7,820 nt of DNA from Tubiluchus corallicola (taxonomy: Eukaryota > Animalia > Priapulida). The notes below the pieces were generated by a model. The model did not search any database. It worked only from the letters and a program-made list of their open reading frames with translations, and was not told where the DNA came from. Below are positions 1-7,820 of the stretch, in pieces (the stretch's first letter is position 1; each line of letters opens with the position of its first letter). The translations under genes were made by a program, and so were the position numbers. The stretch is from positions 1-7,820 of the forward strand of contig JAQGDQ010002222.1 of NCBI GenBank assembly GCA_030141605.1, read 5' to 3'.

Positions 1-1631
1 GTTTATGTGTCTTTCTGAGTGAATGTAAATGCTTTTTAATCAGGTAAATTTATGTGTCTTTCTGAAGGAATGTAAATGCTTTTTAGTCAGGTAAGTTTAT
101 GTGTCTTTCTGAAGGAATGTAAATGCTTTTTAATCAGGTAAGTTTGTGTCTTTCTGAAGGTATGTAAATGCTTTTTAATCAGGTAAATTTATGTGTCTTT
201 CTGAAGGAATGTAAATGCTTTTTAGTCAGGTAAGTTTATGTGCCTTTCTGAAGGAATGTAAATGCTTTTTAATCAGATAAATTTATGTGTCTTTCTGAAG
301 GAATGTAAATGCTTTTTAATCAGATAAATTTATGTGTCTTTCTGAAGGAATGTAAATGCTTTTTAATCAGGTAAGTTTATGTGTCTTTCTGAAGGAATGT
401 AAATGCTTTTTAGTCAGGTAAGTTTATGTGCTTTCTGAAGGAATGTAAATGCTTTTTAATCAGGTAAGTTTATGTGTCTTTCTGAAGGAATGTAAATGCT
501 TTTTAATCAGGTAAGTTTATGTGTCTTTCTGAAGGAATGTAAATGCTTTTTAATCAGGTAAGTTTATGTGTCTTTCTGAAGGAATGTAAATGCTTTTTAA
601 TCAGGTAAGTTTATGTGTCTTTCTGAAGGAATGTAAATGCTTTTTAATCAGGTAAGTTTATGTGTCTTTCTGAAGGAATGTAAATGCTTTTTAATCAGGT
701 AAATTTATGTGTCTTTCTGAAGGAATGTAAATGCTTTTTAATCAGGTAAGTTTATGTGTCTTTCTGAAGGAATGTAAATGCTTTTTAATCAGGTAAATTT
801 ATGTGTCTTTCTGAAGGAATGTAAATGCTTTTTAATCAGGTAAGTTTATGTGTCTTTCTGAAGGAATGTAAATGCTTTTTAATCAGGTAAATTTATGTGT
901 CTTTCTGAAGGAATGTAAATGCTTTTTAGTCAAGTAAGTTTATGTGTCTTTCTGAAGGAATGTAAATGCTTTTTAATCAGGTAAGTTTATGTGTCTTTCT
1001 GAAGGAATGTAAATGCTTTTTAATCAGGTAAGTTTATGTGTCTTTCTGAAGGTATGTAAATGCTTTTTAATCAGGTAAGTTTATGTGTCTTTCTGAAGGA
1101 ATGTAAATGCTTTTTAATCAGGTAAGTTTATGTGTCTTTCTGAAGGAATGTAAATGCTTTTTAATCAGGTAAGTTTATGTGTCTTTCTGAAGGTATGTAA
1201 ATGCTTTTTAGTCAGGTAAGTTTATGTGTCTTTCTGAAGGAATGTAAATGCTTTTTAGTCAAGTAAGTTTATGTGTCTTTCTGAAGGAATGTAAATGCTT
1301 TTTAATCAGGTAAATTTATGTGTCTTTCTGAAGGAATGTAAATGCTTTTTAATCAGGTAAATTTATGTGTCTTTCTGAAGGAATGTAAATGCTTTTTAAT
1401 CGGGTAAGTTTATGTGTCTTTCTGAACGAATGTAAATGCTTTTTAGTCGGGTAAGCTTACCTGTCTTTCTGAATGAATGTAAATGCTTTTTAATCAGGTA
1501 AGTTTATGTGTCTTTCTGAACGAATGTAAATGCTTTTTAGTCGGGTAAGCTTACCTGTCTTTCTGAATGAATGTAAATGCTTATTAATCATATAATGATA
1601 CTTGTCTTTCTGAATGAATATAAATGCTTTT
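1..1631 (+). repeat. 47-bp tandem repeat (minisatellite), ~34.5 copies in window, runs off the left edge; intronic
   Basis: Unit GTTTATGTGTCTTTCTGAAGGAATGTAAATGCTTTTTAATCAGGTAA recurs at 47-bp spacing (CAGGTAA at 461, 508, 555, 602, 649...). Copies are near identical and degenerate after ~1400. Confidence 0.98.
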
Positions 1632-1811
1632 CATTTTTAGCATCTTTAATTATGCCAGCTGGATTTTTGATTTTTTCGTAAACTAATTGACTTACTGTTT
1701 GAGCTTATGTCCGGTTTTCCTTTGATAACACTTTTCCAGATCCTTTTGTAAAGCAACTTTCAGAACATTTTCGTTTTCTTAAATCTACTGATGCTTTGCT
1801 CTGTTGTACAG

Positions 1812-1940
1812 AATGGTCAAGCACTGATTAGAGGGCAGCACTATGCTTCTGATGATATTCAAGAAATACTGGACGACCTCAACCATCAATGGACCGACCT
1901 GCGCAAGCAAGCAGACGATAAAGAAGACAAGTTACGACAG
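1812..1940 (+). CDS. SPTBN5: Internal coding exon of beta-heavy spectrin-like gene (end of a rod spectrin repeat)
   Basis: 129 nt, phase 0/0, acceptor tgttgtacag and donor gtatgg. Translates NGQALIRGQHYASDDIQEILDDLNHQWTDLRKQADDKEDKLRQ, with the spectrin-repeat G..LI...HYAS..I...L..L...W..L pattern. The symbol denotes the beta-heavy class (karst/sma-1/SPTBN5), assigned by eye. Confidence 0.88.
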
Positions 1941-2581
1941 GTATGGATAATTTTCGTTTGCTAAATCAAGGTGTTAAATCGTTGTGTTAAATGTTCATCA
2001 TTTCTAATTAAGATTAATACGAGTGATAGACATACGTTGATGAAGCTTCTTCCGACCCCGGAAAGATTTTAGAATTGTTGCCTGGCTCGTGTTTAGGTAC
2101 CGTGGAACTGCAGCATCCCCGAGTTTCACTTGATAACATTCAATATAACGAGCATAGAAAACTGGCTGTTTCTTTCACAGGTTTTATTTTCCACTCATTG
2201 AAAAAAGGTGAAACTGCAACAGAAACAAGAAAAAAGAACATCAAACAAAAATAAATCTATAACAGACGTGCAAAAAATAAAAAAAGGAACAAGCATTAGC
2301 AAATTAACAAGCATAATGAAGCAGAATTTACAAATAAATAAACTTCCTGACATATCACAAATCAACATGCACGCCTACACAAAAACACACATATGCATAT
2401 GCAGTTGCAAAAATCAATAATTAGGCTTCACTGTAACACTATTAGAAACTATTAAGCTGACAAATAAATTACTGCAAAGCTCTGCATAAAAATGAAGAAA
2501 CATATGAACTTACAAACGTTTGAGGATCTGTAGAAAAAACTTTAAGCCAGTTTTCAGAAATCAACAGAGACATACTGATTT

Positions 2582-2650
2582 TACAACAGTGGCTTACTGA
2601 CCTCACAACTACTATATTACTAAAACTGGATATTTCTTATTCTAAGTCTA
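2582..2650 (+). repeat. Imperfect ~70-bp direct repeat, copy A (partner 2876-2952)
   Basis: tacaacagtggcttactgacctcacaactact...actaaaactggatatttcttattctaagtcta aligns with 2876-2952. Confidence 0.85.
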
Positions 2651-2822
2651 CAAGTCTATACTCTTTGAACTTGACCAGTTCATGCTGTATGCCGTCCATA
2701 CTGTTAGGAAAATGACGGTCGTTCAGCTGCTCGATCTTACGATGGATCCACTCCAGCAAATCGGAACTCATTCGTTCGTAATCGTCCTTCGCTTTGTCAA
2801 TGTCCATCAAGAAATTCACTAT
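2647..2822 (-). pseudogene. 3'-truncated duplicate of the beta-heavy spectrin SR1 exon (pseudo-exon)
   Basis: 2647-2876 matches 5988-6217 at 225/230 positions. It retains the acceptor (ttgcag|ATA) and encodes [18 protein letters not shown]...KFKEYRLV, then reads DLE-stop. It lacks the last 12 exon nt and the donor. Confidence 0.9.
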
Positions 2823-2875
2823 CTGCAAACAAAGGTGGATAAAACATTTAATGGACTTAGCAGCATCTCTTTTTC

Positions 2876-2952
2876 TACAACAGTGGCATACTGACCACAC
2901 AACTACTGGCCTCTCTAGCACTAAAACAGGATTTTTTCCTATTCTAAGGCTA
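2876..2952 (+). repeat. Imperfect direct repeat, copy B (partner 2582-2650)
   Basis: tacaacagtggcatactgaccacacaactact...actaaaacaggattttttcctattctaaggcta. Confidence 0.85.
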
Positions 2953-3109
2953 TCTAACCTCTCATACAAGAGCGGCCAAACATGTCAAATAAACGCTACA
3001 GGTAATGCAAAAGTAAATAATGACGCTCTAGAATCAACACACCTGGCTTCACTGTACCCTTGCTAGCCTGAGAGATAACAACGAGTCTTTAGAGCTAATG
3101 TCTTCATAC

Positions 3110-3846
3110 TTGCAGGTACTTGTAAATCCTTGTACAAAACAAGGGTATGTGACGGTACTGTGCGTTTCACAGTTCCAGTGATGTGGTGCCATTGCACGTA
3201 CTTGTAAATCCTTGTACGAAAGCAGGGTATGTGACGGTACTGTGCGCTTCACAGTTCCAGTGATGTGGTGCCATTGCACGTACTTGTAAATCATTGTACG
3301 AAAGCAGGGTACGTGACGGTACTGTGCTCTTCACAGTTCCAGTGATGTGGTGCCATTGCACGTACTTGTAAATCCTTGTACGAAACCAGGGTACGTGACG
3401 GTACTGTGCGCTTCACAGTTCCAGGGATGTGGTGCCATTGCACGTACTTGTAAATCCTTGTACGAAACCAGGGTACGTGACGGTACTGTGCGCTTCACAG
3501 TTCCACTGATGTGGTGCCATTGCAAGTACTTGTAAATCCTTGTACAAAAGCAGGGTACATGACGGTACTGTGCGCTTCACAGTTCCAGTGATGTGGTGCC
3601 ATTGCAGGTACTTGTAAATCCTTGTACGAAACCAGGGTAGTGACAGTGCTGTTAGCTTTACAGTTCCACTGATGTGGTGCCATTGCACGTACTCGTAAAT
3701 CCTTGTACAAAACCAGGGTATGTGACGGTACTGTGCGCTTCACAGTTCCACTGATGTGGTGCCATTGCACGTACTTGTAAATCCTTGTACGAAAGCAGAG
3801 TACGTGACGGTACTGTGCACTTCACAGTTCCAGTGACGTGGTGCCA
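3110..3846. repeat. 82-bp tandem repeat, 9 copies
   Basis: Unit TTGCACGTACTTGTAAATCCTTGTACGAAAGCAGGGTATGTGACGGTACTGTGCGCTTCACAGTTCCAGTGATGTGGTGCCA starts at 3110, 3192, 3274, 3356, 3438, 3520, 3602, 3683 and 3765. Confidence 0.98.
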
Positions 3847-3859
3847 AGATAATTGGCTG

Positions 3860-4487
3860 TAAATGATTTAATCATGGCCGCCTTGCATCTGCAAGAAATA
3901 AGTTGTTTGACCGTAAGTGACCGTAACTGAACTACCACACTGTTTTACGCAACATTAAAGTTATGTAAGCAGCACCCCCACTAATCGTAGCTGAGAGCCC
4001 CCCATTGATGTTTCTCTAGTTTTAGAGTTGCTGATGTTTAACACTAGAATAAGTACTGTCGCTCACACAGTTTGTTGTCAGTTGTCTGTGTTTACCGTGA
4101 ATCAAGCTCGAGCTGTGACGATTTAGGCCATTAGTAAGCAAAAAATATTTTTGTTTAGGATTTTATCAAGTGTACGTAAATGTAGCATGTGTGTTTAAAA
4201 CATAAATTATTTAATAACGGACGCCTTGCATCCCCCAGAAATAAGTTCTGTGACTGTAAGTGAAGTAACAACAGCTCAATTTTTCACAGTTGCATGTTAA
4301 GAAAAGAGGCCGTTCAACACCCGATCTTCAAATATAATTACAACATTAAAATTGCGTATGTTTGTTACGTTTTACACAGCATTAAAACAATGGCTAAAAA
4401 TTTTCTGAAGTAGCACCCTCAATAATCTTAGCTACGAGCCGCCATTGACTGTTACTCTAGTTTTAGAGTTATTGATGATTGTTTAAC
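3860..4487. repeat. Diverged direct duplication: 3860-4042 vs 4203-4487 (second copy ~100 bp longer internally)
   Basis: Collinear shared blocks cgccttgcatc..agaaataagtt..tgac.gtaagtga, gttttac, agcaccc..taatc.tagct, ccattga, ctctagttttagagtt and gtttaac. Confidence 0.8.
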
Positions 4488-4805
4488 AGACATTTGTAGA
4501 AAATTTTCAACCTTTTTTCTTATCTCATCAGAGCGCAAAGGTTACTTACGACTGTCTTGTGTATCTTACTGGTCACGAGGTTGGCAAACCTACATTAGCT
4601 CCTGCGTTATCAGGAAAGTGATTTAAACTTGGCGCCAAACAGCCGCTTCTGTAAGCTTTGACATCTCACGTTTGTCGGTCTGTGAAAATCAATTATAACC
4701 AAACGAGTTAAAATTCTATCGTCCATTTAATCACGAATTGTGACATTTTTTAATTATTAAGAGATTATATGAAACTACTAGTTCTTGCATTAAGCCTTTT
4801 CACGC

Positions 4806-4907
4806 TTTCGTTGTGTGCACATGCAGTTGCCGTAGGTCAAAGGGTAAGTGTACCACAGTGAAGCGTCTTAACTACATCTGTCTCGTGACGTGTGGGTAAA
4901 GCAAAGC
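4806..4907. repeat. ~100-bp dispersed repeat copy (direct partner 5618-5708)
   Basis: Shares cagttgc.gtaggtcaaagg.taagtgtaccacag and cgtgac.tgtgggtaaagcaaagc with 5618-5708. Confidence 0.85.
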
Positions 4908-4961
4908 GGTATCACAGAAAAGTACTTGTATTGCGGTAGGACCGGTACTAAGGCATCTTAC

Positions 4962-5077
4962 CTTCAGCATCCAATAACCTAGGAATGCCCAGCTCTTTTT
5001 CGGCGACGTCAAATGCATTGTTCAGGTTTTCTACATGTTCCGTCGGATTCAACTTTTCATATTCGACCAAGTCGGGC
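4962..5077 (-). pseudogene. Inverted, intact-looking exon encoding part of the beta-spectrin CH2 actin-binding domain (probable duplicated fragment; functional status unknown)
   Basis: 116 nt, acceptor gttacttcag and donor gtaaga, phase 2/1. Translates (R)[38 protein letters not shown](D), the RPDL...NLNNAF.VAE.ELGI..LLDAED signature of spectrin/actinin CH2. Absent from the ORF track. Confidence 0.8.
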
Positions 5078-5617
5078 CTGAAGTAACAATGTTAACCTGA
5101 AGTTTAACATTACGAGTAAAAGAATTGCACCTTTACATTCTGTACTGCATAATAGGACCATACTTAAAACCAAATGCATCATTTCAAAATGTAAGTTGCT
5201 TTTGAGAGAGTCTCAAATTCACTATTAGATAACAAATAAACGTCATTTACATGCAGAATACGACTATGTTCAGCATTTACTATCTAAAAATAAATGTAAA
5301 TGCTCTAACCTATGAGCATGAATGAGAGCATTGAATCCCATTCCGTCCCGCCAGGATCCGCTAAAGTCTCTAATATCACAGTGTTGATGCCTTGAAAGAA
5401 CAGATAGATTTCATTATTATAAGTGCTAATCAGACAGGTAATTACAGGTAATAAAAGCACCATCAATGAGTGCCATCTATTGGAGACATTAAAACTAAAT
5501 AAACAAGTAATTTGAAGTAAACGTAAAGTCATATAAGATATAAAGTGCAGGCATGATACAAGAAACGTCCTCAGAACACGATTTGTATTCGTTCCAAATT
5601 AATGAGCAATTTCAGAG

Positions 5618-5708
5618 TTTCGTTATGTATATGCACAGTTGCTGTAGGTCAAAGGTTAAGTGTACCACAGCAACGTGTATGTCACGTGACATGTGGGTAA
5701 AGCAAAGC
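5618..5708. repeat. ~90-bp dispersed repeat copy (direct partner 4806-4907; inverted 22-bp partner 6261-6282)
   Basis: Direct alignment by eye. Includes AGGTCAAAGGTTA and the palindrome ATGTCACGTGACAT (5679-5692). Confidence 0.85.
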
Positions 5709-5975
5709 TGTCTGTCACATCAGTTCAGTAACTTTCGTTGTATTACGTGGATTTTATGTAATTATGCATTATTCTGTGCGTAGAGTGAAATACTAGCAGG
5801 ATCTTGCTTAGGAACAAGAAAAAATCAACTAGGTAAGGTTCTAGCTAGCTGTTAAAACATGTTAAACTGCTTTCATCGGAAGAAAAATTTGAGCAGTAGT
5901 GAGTTAGCTTTCCAGAACATTACGTATTTGTTTCCGTGTTATAAATAAAACCATATAAACCGTCGTCCATCTTAC

Positions 5976-6163
5976 TTGGGTGGTTTCTCTACAAGTCTAT
6001 ACTCTTTGAACTTGACCAGTTCATGCTGTATGCCGTCCATACTGTTAGGAAAACGACGGTCGTTCAGCTGCTCGATCTTACGATGGATCCACTCCAGCAA
6101 ATCGGAACTCATTCGTTCGTAATCGTCCTTCGCTTTGTCAATGTCCATCAAGAAATTCACTAT
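5976..6163 (-). pseudogene. Inverted, intact-looking exon encoding spectrin repeat 1 (SR1) of beta-heavy spectrin (probable duplicated fragment; functional status unknown)
   Basis: 188 nt, acceptor tttgcag and donor gtaaga, phase 0/2. Translates [62 protein letters not shown](K). LLEWI...L.DR.FPNS..GIQ.EL..FKEYR.VEKPPK is characteristic of beta(-heavy) spectrin repeat 1. Confidence 0.8.
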
Positions 6164-6260
6164 CTGCAAATGAAGGTGGATAAAACATTTAATAAACTTA
6201 GCAGCATCTCTTTTTCTTCAGCATCACGCATCATCACATCATCAACACAAATGTGTTGTT

Positions 6261-6282
6261 TGGTACACTTAACCTTTGACCT
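6261..6282 (-). repeat. 22-bp exact inverted copy of 5646-5667
   Basis: TGGTACACTTAACCTTTGACCT is the reverse complement of AGGTCAAAGGTTAAGTGTACCA. Confidence 0.85.
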
Positions 6283-6600
6283 TTTCACGATCAACATCAT
6301 TTGCTGGAACTGTGAAAAGGCTCATTAATATTACACTGATGGTTTAAGAGAAAGTGAAACGTTTCACAAAGCAATGGTCCAAAAAGTCCGAAACTTAATT
6401 TCACCTTATCGGTACCTGGTTGTGGATTTACAAAGCATATTTCCAATAACAGAAATCTTTAATCGTCGTATAACTTATGCCTCAGTTAACTCATGAAAGT
6501 GCTTTTTGCCTCGAGTGATTTTTACCATCTCACTAGACAACCATTAGACAGAGCAAGATGTGTTAACAAATGATATATTAGTTTATTCATTCTTTTCTAG

Positions 6601-6735
6601 GCCTCTGATCAGAAAAACTTCAACTTGACGATTGTCGAAGCACACAAGACGCTTGACGACATGGAGAAGGCGTTGGTTGCACAAGATGCAGGCAAAGATC
6701 TCCGTTCTGCTCGTGATATGCTATCCAAACACCAG
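6601..6735 (+). CDS. SPTBN5: Internal coding exon of beta-heavy spectrin-like gene (start of next rod repeat)
   Basis: 135 nt, phase 0/0, acceptor ttcttttctag and donor gtatca. Translates ASDQKNFNLTIVEAHKTLDDMEKALVAQDAGKDLRSARDMLSKHQ, with the D.GKDL.S...L.KHQ spectrin motif. In frame with exon 1812-1940. Confidence 0.88.
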
Positions 6736-7820
6736 GTATCAAAAGTAAATTCATTCGTTCGTAATTTCTATTTGTAAAACACGTAATTATTTATGGAGGA
6801 GAGCGATTTAAAATTTGCTGTCATGTTGTTCGTTTTTAAATGGGTGAAAATTTAACAACGTTGTAATTGAGCTTTCCTGCGTGTGTCATTACTAACAGTA
6901 TGATTCATTTTCTTCCCAGATACAATAGCATTAATGTTTCGTTTCTGTGCCCGGTCTTCGTAACAGCGTACGTTTTCAAGTTTCAACAAAGCTTCGGAAT
7001 TTACACAAAGAAACAATTACAATTAGTGCTGTTTAACTTCCTCAGGACCGCACCACTTAAAATGGATCTTATAAGAGCTGTGACTTTCCTGCTACTGTAT
7101 GAGCACAGACATAACTAAATGATTACAAACTAGGTACTGTTCTATTCATGAGAATCGCCATTATCCAATCATGCTATTTGCTTAAACATTTAAGATTTAA
7201 TTGGATAAAATTAAGAAAAACACACCCTTTTCCGACATTGCAACTTAGCCGATTGAGTAGCTTAGTCGGTGTACACTGGCATGATCGTACACACTATTTT
7301 ATTGATCGCCTGCTTGCGAGCCCAAGAGAATTGTCTGCTCTACAGAGTTCCAGGAAAAACCAACCGATCAATCAAGGATAAATTAAAGTCGTCTCAAATT
7401 CCAAGAGGAATTTCTGCTTTTAAAAATAGAATAGACTTGAGGCCAAAGTATATCAGAGTGTTATGCCTGGACAGTTGAAATTTTCTGCATAAGCCGATTT
7501 TGTACAAGTGATACTGTACATTGAGTTCCCAAATAGAAATATTTGCTTGGAATTCGTGTAATACTTATTAAAACATTGGATTTCTGATGACTAGATTTAG
7601 CCAAATGACTAATGCATTTCTAAGATGCACTTTGCTGTTTCTTATCACTTTGTTTTATCCAATCCCAAACGTATCTTAAATACAAATCAACAGCCTCAAC
7701 ACTGTGGTCCCACCGAGTTAGTACATGTGTTTTTAACATAGCGTAGTATTTTCCAAAATCTGGTTCCATTAGACCTTTTTTTGATGGTATGGCGTCAATA
7801 TCTAATTTGTTGGCTATAGC

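Larger units (their letters stand above)
1941..6600 (+). other. GT-AG intron (4660 bp) of the spectrin gene
   Basis: Starts GTATGG and ends cattcttttcTAG. Its removal joins ...KEDKLRQ to ASDQKNFN... in frame, forming a normal spectrin repeat linker. Confidence 0.82.

Noticed and set aside
2208-2420. K/Q/N-rich ORF
   Set aside because: Low-complexity A-rich sequence with a GTG start; compositional artefact.
3049-3770. Overlapping ORFs (MQWHHITGTVK..., MAPHHWNCEAH...)
   Set aside because: Artefacts of the 82-bp repeat; the unit length is not a multiple of 3 and the frames hit stops.
1-3846. Tandem arrays (1-1631, 3110-3846) as CRISPR arrays
   Set aside because: There are no unique spacers, units are contiguous, and the context is a spliceosomal eukaryotic gene.
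2682-6328. + strand ORFs 2682-2894 and 6023-6328
   Set aside because: Antisense shadows of the SR1 exon copies with no recognisable protein.
6354-6367. 14-bp palindrome GTGAAACGTTTCAC
   Set aside because: Isolated, with no supporting context.
2020-6519. CGAGTGAT at 2020-2027 and 6512-6519 as an 8-bp target-site duplication around the whole antisense block
   Set aside because: No convincing terminal inverted repeats inside it, and an 8-mer match is readily expected by chance over the ranges searched.
6751-6765. 15-bp exact match TCATTCGTTCGTAAT to 6109-6123 and 2768-2782
   Set aside because: Short, AT-rich and not extendable; cannot be distinguished from chance.
7249-7279. Hairpin CCGATTGAG-TAG-CTTAGTCGG followed by CTGG as a Helitron 3' end
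   Set aside because: The stem relies on G-T pairs, CTGG is not followed by T, and no 5' end was identified.
6736-7820. Further spectrin exon or genes in ORFs 6867-7118, 7148-7381 and 7269-7478
   Set aside because: No spectrin-like or otherwise recognisable translation behind candidate acceptors; treated as intron.

Overview
Eukaryotic (animal, probably invertebrate) genomic DNA from inside a beta-heavy spectrin gene (karst/sma-1/SPTBN5-like). Two in-frame + strand rod-domain exons (1812-1940, 6601-6735) bound a 4.66 kb intron. That intron carries, on the - strand, copies of N-terminal exons of the same protein family with their splice sites and flanking intron sequence: a spectrin-repeat-1 (SR1) exon (5976-6163), a CH2-domain exon (4962-5077) and a second, 3'-truncated SR1 copy (2647-2822). 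They are in scrambled order among several small local duplications and a 9-copy 82-bp minisatellite. The upstream intron holds a ~34-copy 47-bp minisatellite in which most units read TTTTTAATCAG|GTAAGT on the sense strand, like an array of back-to-back micro-introns or recursive splice sites. Protein assignments are by eye from remembered family sequences; no database search was run and the species is unknown.
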